IMG/VR virus record: IMGVR_UViG_3300020057_001232 | Coordinates: 32,001-96,000 of that record | Length of the DNA stretch: 64,000 nucleotides | From: a virus | Direction: 5' to 3' (one strand) | Part shown: piece after piece, positions 1 through 9,145 of the stretch | How positions within the stretch are numbered: position 1 is the stretch's first letter | How the letters are laid out: each line of letters begins with the position of its first letter | The notes under the pieces: generated by a model | What the model saw: only the letters and a program-made list of their open reading frames with translations | Told to the model about the DNA's origin: nothing | The model's database searches: none | Made by a program: the position numbers and the translations under genes

Positions 1-532
1 CTTTGGGATCTGTTTCGTAATTGGTAAGCAAGTAGTCGATCATGTCGAGTGCGACTTCGGTCGTCATGACTTCACGGGCATGGTGCATGGCGTCAACGAG
101 CACAACCTTCTTGGTCGAGCTTTTCATGATGACGTTTTCGGAAAGCTTCATTGCCCATATCAAGCGGTTCTCTAAAGAGCTGCCGACGATCACGGGTACG
201 GCGAGGGCGGGGTAGCGGGAGGCGTAGTCTCTTAAGATGGCAGCCACTTCATCGGGCGTCTTGTATTGACCGTCCGGTGCTGCGAGGATTTGCGTGGAGA
301 CCACGTTCGGTTCGATTTGATCTTTGAAGTATTGAGTGGCGTTGTCAGGCATCATGACCGAAACGGTCTTGTTTTCAAGGTCAACACCAACTACGTCGAA
401 GCCTTGACTACGTAGGGATGTAGCCTTTTCTCTGACGCCGCTTTCGGCTTTTACTGTGACGACTGTATCTTTGGGTTGGGAAGAACACGACGCAAGGGCT
501 AGAAACGAAGTAACCAACAGAGCTAAGCGCAT
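1..532 (-). CDS. M14 zinc carboxypeptidase lipoprotein (partial, runs off window start)
   Basis: Not in the ORF track; translated by hand from ATG at 532 (RBS GGAGG): MRLALLVTSFLALASCSSQ (lipobox LASC) ... VGSSLENRLIWAMKLS ... DAMHHAREVMT, with the M14 HxxE zinc motif. Confidence 0.85.
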   Translation of the reverse strand, partial: MRLALLVTSFLALASCSSQPKDTVVTVKAESGVREKATSLRSQGFDVVGVDLENKTVSVMMPDNATQYFKDQIEPNVVSTQILAAPDGQYKTPDEVAAILRDYASRYPALAVPVIVGSSLENRLIWAMKLSENVIMKSSTKKVVLVDAMHHAREVMTTEVALDMIDYLLTNYETDPK

Positions 533-645
533 AAGACCTCCGAAGGGGTGAATGCAACTTAATCTGGAGAGTTAGTTGGCTAGCTGGTCAAAAAGAAAAA
601 GCCTTACTGTGGAGTAAGGCTCTTACGTCGGCTATCAAGAGATAG

Positions 646-1068
646 TTACGGCTGTGTCACGGGAGAGATGGCAGGCTCAGCAGCAGTGGTCGCTTCAGCG
701 GCTTTTTTAGCTGCTTCTTCGGCTGCTTCTTTTTTGCCTTCTTCTTTTGCCTTCGCAAGAGCATCAGCGGAACATGGTTGCGGCTCCTTCGGAGCGAACT
801 TCGCAACTTTCTTCTTCGGCTTGACCTTGACCGGAGCCTTCTTGGCAACTTCAGGCTTCTTCACTTCGGCTTTTTTTGCCGGAGCTGGAGCAGGCTTCGG
901 AGCAGGCTTAACTTCTTCAGCTTGGACCGGTTCGTCGGTCTTCGCTTCATCTTGCGTACAGCCACCTAGAGAGAAAGCTAACGCCACAACAGGAACAAGA
1001 ACTGTCTTCAAGAACATAGAAATGAACTCCTTTGCAAAGTGTAAAAGAGAGGGTAACGTAGCCGTCAT
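646..1068 (-). CDS. Lys/Ala/Pro-rich lipoprotein, hypothetical
   Basis: Signal peptide with lipobox LGGC followed by low-complexity PAK-rich region; true start may be MFLKT. Confidence 0.6.
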   Translation of the reverse strand: MTATLPSLLHFAKEFISMFLKTVLVPVVALAFSLGGCTQDEAKTDEPVQAEEVKPAPKPAPAPAKKAEVKKPEVAKKAPVKVKPKKKVAKFAPKEPQPCSADALAKAKEEGKKEAAEEAAKKAAEATTAAEPAISPVTQP

Positions 1069-1103
1069 TTTCCGTCAACGTGGGAGCTGATAGGAGGTGA
1101 GAA

Positions 1104-1367
1104 TTGTATTGGAAGCTTTACGGAGAACTTAATGCACCGAAAACTTGGGAGGTTTCGGAGGTGGTGAAAAATGAGGCAGGGTCTCTCCTGGGGGAATTTG
1201 AGACCTATAGGGATTGCCGCAAGTGGGTGCTGACAGAGCTTAGATCCCAACGACGCCAACTAGGAAAGTTGATGGAGAAGTGGAGTCAAGTTCCAGAAGA
1301 GTACAAAGAGTTAAGTATCCCGAAGGTTTTTAAACCAGATGTCCTCGTAGAAGCTCAAGTCCCCTAA
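1104..1367 (+). CDS. hypothetical protein
   Basis: ORF with strong AGGAGG RBS. Confidence 0.6.
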   Translation: MYWKLYGELNAPKTWEVSEVVKNEAGSLLGEFETYRDCRKWVLTELRSQRRQLGKLMEKWSQVPEEYKELSIPKVFKPDVLVEAQVP

Positions 1368-1566
1368 GCTTTTTTCAATGACGGTCTTGTAGACGGCTTT
1401 GATTTTGGCAGCATCGACGTGCGGATAGTCTACACAGACACTCCGCACGGCATCGTCTTTAAAGTTCCTAGTCTCTTTTGCAACTAGTGTAGAAATCTTG
1501 TCAAAAAGACGATCAACACAATGTTGTAAATCATCTTCTATATTTTCCAATTCTTTTTTAGACATC
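1311..1566 (-). CDS. hypothetical protein
   Basis: ORF track 1311..1598; likely start MSKKEL. Confidence 0.5.
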
Positions 1567-1567
1567 T

Positions 1568-1714
1568 TTACTCTCTTCCTTCTTTGTAATTCAACCATTT
1601 AAAATATCGGTGTTTGCACGCAGGACACTGATGACAGAACCCTTGTAGGTCGTAGGTCCACTCCCAGCGGTGTCCACACTTCAAACATAGGTATTTGTCG
1701 GTCTTTTGCTTCAC
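1568..1714 (-). CDS. small zinc-ribbon protein (48 aa)
   Basis: Hand translation VKQKTDKYLCLKCGHRWEW...CHQCPACKHRYFKW with CxxC pairs; below the ORF-track cutoff. Confidence 0.6.
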   Translation of the reverse strand: MKQKTDKYLCLKCGHRWEWTYDLQGFCHQCPACKHRYFKWLNYKEGRE

Positions 1715-1930
1715 TGACGACCACCAAAAACCCTAGCTAGTCCAAGTATACATATTACCAGTACGATTAGGACGCAGGTCTTTAGCATCGCCACCTCCTA
1801 AACTTTGGTCATCTCACTGTTTTTTTTGAGCTTTGTAAGGGTGTAGCGTGTCTTGTGGAGCAAAGTCAAGAAGTAATCTATACTGGTGGTAAATAACTCA
1901 CAGAGTCGAGATTTAGTCGTGGAGGTGTGG

Positions 1931-2569
1931 ATGTTTGTAATTGACGGTCCTATCACAAACAAGACAGTTAGACGCCTATCACGCTATATCCGCAACCACG
2001 TAGAAGAGATCCTCCACGTTTACCTCAACACCCCAGGTGGCTGCACACGCTCGGCTCTCGCAATATTCGAGATGCTACGAACAATGTCAGAAGCACACGG
2101 TAGAACTGTTGTCGTTCAAGCAGTGGATGAAGTCTTCAGCGCCGGTCTTGTGATCTTCTTAGCGGGTGACCATCGTCTAGCTACGAACTATACAAGATTC
2201 TTGATCCATGAAGTCACGCTCGAAGAGCAACGACGCATGACGGCGAAGACCTACATGGCAACCGCAGGGGACCTCGAAAAAGAAACCGAGATCCTCTACA
2301 ACCTCATAAAGTCCCGCTGCAAGATGACGATGACGACCCTCAAGAAGAAGGTCAAAGCTGCACCTGAGAATGACTACATCTTCGATTGCGATGAAGCATT
2401 CAAGTACGGCATGGTCACACAGAAGGGGTTCGTCTACTTGCCTTCACCTGAAGCGCAAGAGATAGAAATCGAAATGGTCGAAGAACCGGCGTCAACGGCA
2501 GCAGTGACAGAAGTGCCTAAGGCTCCTAAAGAGAAGCCAGCGAAGGCAGCACGGAAGCGCAAGGCTTAA
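1931..2569 (+). CDS. clpP: ClpP-family serine protease
   Basis: LNTPGG, VFSAG (catalytic Ser), FLIHE (His), NDYIFDCDEAFKYG; RBS GGAGG before ATG 1931. Confidence 0.85.
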   Translation: MFVIDGPITNKTVRRLSRYIRNHVEEILHVYLNTPGGCTRSALAIFEMLRTMSEAHGRTVVVQAVDEVFSAGLVIFLAGDHRLATNYTRFLIHEVTLEEQRRMTAKTYMATAGDLEKETEILYNLIKSRCKMTMTTLKKKVKAAPENDYIFDCDEAFKYGMVTQKGFVYLPSPEAQEIEIEMVEEPASTAAVTEVPKAPKEKPAKAARKRKA

Positions 2570-4164
2570 TAGCTGTTGTTGCTCATGAACGATTCCCAAG
2601 CCGATTCCTCATCGTAATCGTTGAGGTCGTTTGGTCCGCTGTAGAGAAACGAGTTTCTTACGCTTGAGAAGTAGTACGAGTTAAGATCATTGTCTTCTTC
2701 TGTCATCTCGCCACTTGCGTAAGCTTTCAAGAAGTCCTTTTCAGAAATTGTCACGTAGATTGTTGCGTCGAAAAGGTGTTCGGCGTCATCCCAATTTACA
2801 TCTAGAACGTCATCGTGTTCCTCAAACGTAGGGTGAGTCATCTCTTTCTGAATGTGCTTATAGAGAGCGCTTTGAGCGCCGGACTCGCAACCGGAGGCTA
2901 CGGCACTATTGAGGTCGCCTTTCAAGTCATCAAGATTGCCGTCTTCAAGCTGTTCAGAGATTGCCGATAGCATACCTTTGACGTTGCTTTTCTCGATGGC
3001 GTCTACGAGCGCTTCAGCATCTTCAAGGTCAGCCGAAACTTTCTTTGCGAACTCTTTAAAGGCTCCTGGGTTCTTTTTAGAAAAAAAGTCTAGAATGTCC
3101 CAACGCTCGCTGTCGCCGAAAGACCCATAATCGACGTGGATCAAGTCGTGCTCGTCAAGGCGTTCGATATCGCTCACCAAGTCTGGAGACAATTCTTTGC
3201 CGAACTCGATGAGGTTCTTCCATTCATCAATAATGATCGAACCGTTCGGGCGGGTACCTTTTGCACCGCACTCTTTCAATACCTTCTCTTTGTTGTTACG
3301 GTAGTAGGTAACAAGATCAAGCTCGGGTTTCTTCTCGTAGAGATCTGCACGGTCTTCGTCGGTGAGGTCGCTTAAGGCAAAGTTCTTCTTCGCCTCGTAG
3401 CCGCCACCTTTGATGCCTTCTATATCGTCCTGCAATAAGAGTTCTTTAATGTAGGGATGAAGCTTCTTGTCGGGCTTTTCGTTTGCAAAGCCCTTCATCT
3501 CGCCGAGGCGACCCTCGTTTAGAATAAAGGTTGCGTGTGGCTTCCAAAGAGTTTCTTTGCCCTTTTTGACAGGCTCTCTCAAGGATAAGATTTCGTCCCC
3601 AGGCTTAACGGACGGTACGTTTCCGCAGTGACGCATCGACGCACCTTCTTTACTGCATGATCCGGCAGGAAGGAGTTGCCACTCCCAACCGTCCGGGAAC
3701 TTCACGAAGGTCTTGACGCCTTCTTCCTTTTCAAGGAGACGCTTTTCTTCTTTCTTTTTTTCTACGCTTGTTTGTTCAAAGTGCCTAAGCTTGGCGATGA
3801 GATCTTCATGCGAGATGTCAGAAGGGAACTTGAAGTTTAGTACGTCAGTGAAATTGTTAGTTTCGGCATTGCTGACGAAGTGAGCAAGCTCCCTGCGGAG
3901 GTGTACCGTTTGACTCTCTGTTTTTTTACGGCTTTTGGTTTCAAGGAGATATTTCTTAAACTGGCGTAAGAACCACATCACGCGGTCTTCCCGCTTCAGC
4001 ACGTCGGATGCCCATTTGACGACGACCTTGCAGGAATCCAAAAGGCTTTGATCGGCAGTGAAGTCTTGGACGACGCCTTGCTTGTCTAAGTTTTTAAACA
4101 TCTCTAAGTAACGACCGGTTCTACTAGCCGTTACGATGGTGTATTTACTTTTTACTACCCGCAT
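2566..4164 (-). CDS. PcfJ-like domain protein, paralog of 48989..50053
   Basis: EGASMRHCGN...SLRE...EMKGFANEKP resembles the PcfJ-type EG..M.HC / Q..G..N motif; long blocks shared with 48989..50053. Confidence 0.55.
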   Translation of the reverse strand: MRVVKSKYTIVTASRTGRYLEMFKNLDKQGVVQDFTADQSLLDSCKVVVKWASDVLKREDRVMWFLRQFKKYLLETKSRKKTESQTVHLRRELAHFVSNAETNNFTDVLNFKFPSDISHEDLIAKLRHFEQTSVEKKKEEKRLLEKEEGVKTFVKFPDGWEWQLLPAGSCSKEGASMRHCGNVPSVKPGDEILSLREPVKKGKETLWKPHATFILNEGRLGEMKGFANEKPDKKLHPYIKELLLQDDIEGIKGGGYEAKKNFALSDLTDEDRADLYEKKPELDLVTYYRNNKEKVLKECGAKGTRPNGSIIIDEWKNLIEFGKELSPDLVSDIERLDEHDLIHVDYGSFGDSERWDILDFFSKKNPGAFKEFAKKVSADLEDAEALVDAIEKSNVKGMLSAISEQLEDGNLDDLKGDLNSAVASGCESGAQSALYKHIQKEMTHPTFEEHDDVLDVNWDDAEHLFDATIYVTISEKDFLKAYASGEMTEEDNDLNSYYFSSVRNSFLYSGPNDLNDYDEESAWESFMSNNSY

Positions 4165-4504
4165 TACCTATCCTTAAAAGCCTAAGACCCATTTTAGAAA
4201 GGACTTCAAAGTGAAGGCGACAAGTGCTTCGACAAACATCTGAACAAAAAACATACATCTTCCCCCTACGTCTTATAAGGTTGATTTCTTTTGAAAGAAA
4301 CACCTAATGTTTCCCCTAACAAATCTTGCACGCACTACGTCTCCACGTTTAACTGCTAAGGCAAGTAGCGATCCAAGTACAATGGCAGGGTTGTACAAGA
4401 AATATCGGTGTCATTATCGCAAGATTAAACTCAGCGAAAGACTTTTTACGACATTAAATACCCACTCTATCTTGTGGGGAGCTGCGGACAGATTCGGAGG
4501 TTTG

Positions 4505-4732
4505 ATGAAATTTTCAGCGAAAGTTACTCAAGTGCGTGGGGAGAGTAAGCAACTGACGCAACTTCTGGACGCCATTGATACTAAATACGCAGCCAGTTAT
4601 ATTAGCGAGAAAATGGCGGACCTGTTTGATGATTTCGCCTCTGAACACCAAGACATTTGGGATGCTCTCACCGAAGATGAGCAGCAGAAAGTTCGGGAGG
4701 AGTACAACAACGACCTCAAGGACAGGTTGTAA
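4505..4732 (+). CDS. hypothetical protein
   Basis: GGAGG RBS before MKFSAKVTQ inside ORF 4307..4732. Confidence 0.5.
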   Translation: MKFSAKVTQVRGESKQLTQLLDAIDTKYAASYISEKMADLFDDFASEHQDIWDALTEDEQQKVREEYNNDLKDRL

Positions 4733-4771
4733 AGCAGCCTGAGGGGACTCCTTAATAACAGATTAGATGGC

Positions 4772-5422
4772 ATGTCCGTCCTTCGAAAGATCAAAAAGAA
4801 ATACGTCATCGCCTCCGTGAGATCACTTCTCGCTTGGAGGTTCGACCCTGACCTTTTCGTCGCTTGCCGAGATGCAGCAGTTGGCATCTTAAAGCGTGAA
4901 GGTATTAAGTACGACTTTCTCGGTGACCGTCATACCCCCGCAGGGCAAGAGCCAGGGGCAAAGATTCCCGGCGAAGGGTACAACTTGCACTCTCAGATCA
5001 AAGGCAACGATGACTGCCACGTCTCCTTTGCTACGGTCTCGGATCTTACTGAAGAAGACGAAGCCTTCATAAAAGAACACGAAGCACGGCTAAAGCCGAC
5101 GCTAAGAATTTCAGGTGTAAACTTTCTACCAACCCGAACGATCCCTTACCTTGTTCTTGATTTTACCTTCGATCCGAAGGTGGGAGAGCTAGCGGACTTG
5201 CTTTTGGAAAGGCTAGACAGTCGCTACAGCGATTGGCGGCATACGATGTACAAGACGCCGAGGCTTCACTGTTCACTCTTAGGCGTCAGTGTTGCCGACA
5301 AAGAAAAATTGGCAAAGCTGCTTCCCGAAATCAGGAAGCACTGCCACGTCGGCGAATCGACAAAGATGGGTCAGCTCTTTGTGTGGGACGACTTCCACAT
5401 CACGGAGAAGCAGCCGTTCTAA
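4772..5422 (+). CDS. 2H phosphoesterase superfamily protein
   Basis: Two HxS/T motifs (CHVSF, LHCSL) about 80 aa apart. Confidence 0.6.
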   Translation: MSVLRKIKKKYVIASVRSLLAWRFDPDLFVACRDAAVGILKREGIKYDFLGDRHTPAGQEPGAKIPGEGYNLHSQIKGNDDCHVSFATVSDLTEEDEAFIKEHEARLKPTLRISGVNFLPTRTIPYLVLDFTFDPKVGELADLLLERLDSRYSDWRHTMYKTPRLHCSLLGVSVADKEKLAKLLPEIRKHCHVGESTKMGQLFVWDDFHITEKQPF

Positions 5423-5642
5423 ACTTGCTCGTGTTGTCGTAAAAGACAGTACCGGCAATCATGACCTTCGTCGGTGTCGTCTCAGACGGCAAATCACTCC
5501 ACACCATAGGATCGTCTAGGCATTCATGGTATGTACCGTCCGCCTTCGGCAATATGGTATGGACGTGGACGCTTAATGTGCCTTCTTTGACAATTTCGAG
5601 AGCTACCTCGATTTTGTGCTCAGAGCTGAATTTTGGCTGCAT
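5400..5642 (-). CDS. hypothetical protein
   Basis: AAGGAGG RBS; sits behind a sigma-28-type promoter. Confidence 0.6.
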   Translation of the reverse strand: MQPKFSSEHKIEVALEIVKEGTLSVHVHTILPKADGTYHECLDDPMVWSDLPSETTPTKVMIAGTVFYDNTSKFRTAASP

Positions 5643-5663
5643 AAGATTTCCTCCTTCCTTTGC

Positions 5664-5690
5664 TTATCGGCATCTTCTCGTTTTCCTTTA
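5664..5690 (-). promoter_or_regulatory. sigma-28 (FliA)-type promoter
   Basis: Minus strand reads TAAA-N15-GCCGATAA, an exact match to the consensus. Confidence 0.7.
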
Positions 5691-5787
5691 GTTATTTCTA
5701 TAGCCAATTGTGTAACCCCTTGAACACAATAGAAAAGAAAAGAGCCACCAGTTACGGCGGCTCTAAGTGTCTAATTGTTAGACAGAC

Positions 5788-6422
5788 TTACTTGCTGTGC
5801 TTGTGCTCGCTTACGGCGGTGATTAGAACGTCCGTTAGGTTGCGGTCGCCCATCGCCGAGATCGGAATGGTGTCTACGATGTCGTACTTAGCTCCGAGCT
5901 TTTCGAGGTCATCGTCGAGCTTGGCGAGGAACGCCGTAGCCTTTGGATCTTGACCGACTTGGACGAAGGTCAGCGTCAGCTCGTTTGCTGACGTAACTTT
6001 CTTCGTAGCAGCGACGATGACACGAGCGACGGCTTCTTGATCGTCTGGCTCGCCGTCTGTCACCACCATGAGGTACTCACCGTTAGGTTGTGATTTGCCT
6101 TTAGCACGACGGTTGAAATAGTTGTCGAAGGCGTCTTGCAAAACACCTGCGAGGTTGGTGGAACCGCTTGGCTCCGTGCGGTTGAGAAGAGCCGTTGCCT
6201 TCTCGGCTGTGATATTGTCGTAGCGTTGTGGGTTATTGCTGAAGGTGTAAAGCGTCATTCCATCAGGGTCGATCTCGTGGAACTTCGCCGCCACTTGGAC
6301 GACGGTCTCTTGCGAGTAAGCCCAACGGGACTTGCCGCTTGGGGTGTCGTTGTAGGAGCCCATCGAACCACTACGGTCGAGGATCAAGGTGTAATCACGT
6401 TAGCTAAGACTGCATTCAACAT
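5788..6422 (-). CDS. vWA domain protein with an apparent 1-nt frameshift near the start
   Basis: MIDAS DRSGS, GSTNL, VTDGEP. The RBS-linked ATG (MLNAVLA) is out of frame with RDYTLILDRSGSM. Confidence 0.8.
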
Positions 6423-6451
6423 TTTCAAATCTCCAAAAAGTTAAGGGACAC

Positions 6452-7390
6452 TTAAGCACTGACTTCAGCAGTTACCTTGGGTGGAAAAGCAACCGATGCA
6501 ACTACCGAAAGAGCTAAGAGACCTCCGACGACCGCTAGCGACCACATCGTAGGTACATGATAGAAATCGACAACAAGCATCTTGATCCCGATGAAGCCCA
6601 AGACTAACACGAGAGCGTGCTTTAAGTAATGGAACATCGGCATAAGACCAGCTAATGCGAAGTAGAGTGACCGCAGCCCCAAGATCGCAAAGATGTTCGA
6701 CGTGAAAACGATGAAGGGATCTCTAGAAATTGCAATGACTGCCGGGATCGAGTCTACGGCAAACATCAAGTCTGACATCTCGATTACGATCAAACAGGCA
6801 AGAAGCGGTGTGCCGACCCTCTTAGCGTTTTCAATCGTGAACAGCTTGGCTCCGTCGTACTTATCCGTAAAGGGTAAGTAGCGTTTGAAGAATTTCAAAG
6901 CCACGTTGTCTTCTGGGTTGACTTCTTCGTCTTCACCTGACCTAGCCAATTTGTAGGCGGTGTAAACGAGAATAGCGCCGAAGACGTACATCAACCAATG
7001 GAAGTAGTCGAGCAGCGTCACGCCTACGGTGATGAAGAAAGCTCTTGCTACGAGGGCTCCTAAGATGCCCCAAAACAGAACTTTGTGCCGCAGCTTGTCT
7101 TCCACTTTGAAGAAGCTAAACACGACGAGGAAAACGAAAAGGTTGTCAACCGACAACGACTTTTCGAGAATGTAAGCGGTAAGAAATTCACTTGCTGGCT
7201 TAGAGCCTTCTAAGTTGTAGACGAGACCAGCAAAGCCTAAAGCTAAAGCAACCCAAAAGGCGGTCCAGCCTAATGACTCTTTAAACCCTATTTTGTGGTC
7301 CTTCTTGTTGAAGAGACCGAGGTCCAAAAGAAGCATACCCAACACGAAACCTAAAAAGCCTACCCACGCCCACCACGGATGCGATTCCAT
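6452..7390 (-). CDS. terC: TerC/Alx family integral membrane protein
   Basis: LEKSLSVDNLFVF, LFWGILGALVAR, DLMFAVDSIPAV, FTSNIFAILGLRSLYF; start MESHPW with AGGAGG RBS. Confidence 0.92.
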   Translation of the reverse strand: MESHPWWAWVGFLGFVLGMLLLDLGLFNKKDHKIGFKESLGWTAFWVALALGFAGLVYNLEGSKPASEFLTAYILEKSLSVDNLFVFLVVFSFFKVEDKLRHKVLFWGILGALVARAFFITVGVTLLDYFHWLMYVFGAILVYTAYKLARSGEDEEVNPEDNVALKFFKRYLPFTDKYDGAKLFTIENAKRVGTPLLACLIVIEMSDLMFAVDSIPAVIAISRDPFIVFTSNIFAILGLRSLYFALAGLMPMFHYLKHALVLVLGFIGIKMLVVDFYHVPTMWSLAVVGGLLALSVVASVAFPPKVTAEVSA

Positions 7391-7483
7391 ACTTGTCCTC
7401 CTGAAAGTTTGTAGGCATACTGACAGGTAGAAAACCCAGTGGCAACACTTTTCGCACCCAGCACTTTCAAAGCGGGACTTGTT

Positions 7484-8044
7484 ATGTATTGGACAGAATT
7501 TAACTACCGATCTGGACCACAACCTGACTTGACCAAGATTGGTACAAACACGGTTACGGTTCTTAAAAATGTTCTTGATCCTAGTATCCACAAAGCCCTC
7601 AAGCGTTACGTCAACGCCTTGAAAGCTGAGAAAGATACGGCGATGTATTTCGACGAGCAGTGGCAAGGGCGTTGGACAAAGAACAACGATCCCATCATGT
7701 GTTGGGCACATGACCTCCTTACGCCAGTGATCTACTCACGTCTGAAGGTTTCCGTGAAACCGTCTTATAACTTTCTGTCCTGCTACGGCGTCGGCGGCAA
7801 TGTGCCGAAGCACAAAGATAGACCTCAGTGCAAATACACACTCGACTACATGGTGGATCAAAGCGAAGGCTTGAAGTGGGAGCTGTTTGTAGAAGGCAAT
7901 CCCGTTCTTCTTGAGGAGAACGACTGCGTTATCTACTCAGGCACCGACATGTTGCATTGGCGCAATCCTTTGCCTGATGGGCACCACGCTAGTCTTATCT
8001 TCTTCCACTACGTCGATTCGACATTCCGAACGGGACTTGAATGA
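7484..8044 (+). CDS. 2OG-Fe(II) oxygenase-like protein
   Basis: HKDR (HxD), distal HWR, FFHYV; typical phage oxygenase. Confidence 0.75.
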   Translation: MYWTEFNYRSGPQPDLTKIGTNTVTVLKNVLDPSIHKALKRYVNALKAEKDTAMYFDEQWQGRWTKNNDPIMCWAHDLLTPVIYSRLKVSVKPSYNFLSCYGVGGNVPKHKDRPQCKYTLDYMVDQSEGLKWELFVEGNPVLLEENDCVIYSGTDMLHWRNPLPDGHHASLIFFHYVDSTFRTGLE

Positions 8045-8316
8045 AGACATATAAAATCAAATGGTGGCGTGAACCTGAAGGCGTGCTCCACGAAGAAGTG
8101 GTCGTCGATCACGGCTACTACGCACAGAGCGACCGGTTTTTCTTTGAGTACGAAGATGGGGGGATGAAAGAGGTAGCTCTTTGGTCGCATTGTTCCCTCG
8201 AACTCGGAGCTGACTGGAGAGAACTTCAGCGGGAACGAGCAAGCTTTGCACCTCACACCTTAGGCAATGAAGTCTTTGAAGACAGAGAGCCTGTCAAACT
8301 CGTGGTGGAGGACTAA
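8041..8316 (+). CDS. hypothetical protein, paralog of 8876..9112
   Basis: Shared pattern Y.I.W.R...H.Y....D...DG..E...C.L.LG.DW. Confidence 0.65.
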   Translation: MKTYKIKWWREPEGVLHEEVVVDHGYYAQSDRFFFEYEDGGMKEVALWSHCSLELGADWRELQRERASFAPHTLGNEVFEDREPVKLVVED

Positions 8317-8318
8317 GT

Positions 8319-8879
8319 GTGGAGGTAACTAGACACATCGCCACCTTTCGCAGTGCGCTTTCGAAGGAAGAGTGCAGCGCCGTCGCTAATGCCTTAGAGG
8401 CGTCAGGACGGTGGGAGAAAAGCCGAACGGGGAACAACCTCGACACTAACTACCGTTCCAACAAGCAAGTACACCTCACGCAGTTAGCTAATTATGATCC
8501 AGCTACGTACAAAGTGTTTGATGATATGATCTTCCACGCACTTACCAAAGCCGTAACTGAGTACCAAAGAGCTTACGCCAGCCACAGCTTCGTCCTCAGC
8601 GACGAAGGCTACAGCGTTCTTCGCTACGAAGAAGCGGAAGAGTATAAAGTCCATTCCGACAGTGGACCGGAGAACAAAAGACTTGTGTCGGCTTTACTCT
8701 ACTTAAACGACTCTTTCACTGGAGGCGAAACAAATTTCCCTCTGCAAAACTTCAAGGTCAAACCTGAGACTGGTATGATCTGTTTATTTCCTAGTATTTT
8801 CACCCATCCTCACGCCTCTCTGCCCGTCGAGTCAGGAGTCAAGTATGTGGTCGTCACTTGGTATAGGGGATTTCCATGA
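8319..8879 (+). CDS. prolyl-4-hydroxylase-like 2OG-Fe(II) oxygenase
   Basis: HSD, LYLND..GGET.F, FPS...HPH..PV.SG.KY. Confidence 0.9.
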   Translation: MEVTRHIATFRSALSKEECSAVANALEASGRWEKSRTGNNLDTNYRSNKQVHLTQLANYDPATYKVFDDMIFHALTKAVTEYQRAYASHSFVLSDEGYSVLRYEEAEEYKVHSDSGPENKRLVSALLYLNDSFTGGETNFPLQNFKVKPETGMICLFPSIFTHPHASLPVESGVKYVVVTWYRGFP

Positions 8880-9112
8880 ACGGTTACGTACTACGCTGGA
8901 AACGCTTCCTTTTTTGGCAAAAGAAAAAGGTTTGCGGACACGCCTACGACAAAGATACGGACAAGATGGTCCTCTATCTAATGGATGGGTCGATCAGAGA
9001 GATTAAGAAGTTCCATAATTGCGAACTAGCCCTTGGAATTGATTGGGTTCTTGTCACAAAGCAAGACATGGAGAAGGCAAGTGGTCAGTCTATCCCTGTT
9101 AGACCAGAGTGA
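8876..9112 (+). CDS. hypothetical protein, paralog of 8041..8316
   Basis: See paralog; overlapping start/stop codons. Confidence 0.65.
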   Translation: MNGYVLRWKRFLFWQKKKVCGHAYDKDTDKMVLYLMDGSIREIKKFHNCELALGIDWVLVTKQDMEKASGQSIPVRPE

Positions 9113-9145
9113 GATTTACTGTTTTAGCTACCGCTTCGAGGGATT

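Noticed and set aside
668-1090. 140-aa plus-strand hydrophobic ORF
   Set aside because: Mirror of the Lys/Ala-rich lipoprotein on the minus strand
7391-7711. N-terminal extension of TerC in the ORF track
   Set aside because: It overlaps the opposite-strand oxygenase, and a strong RBS supports the start at 7390
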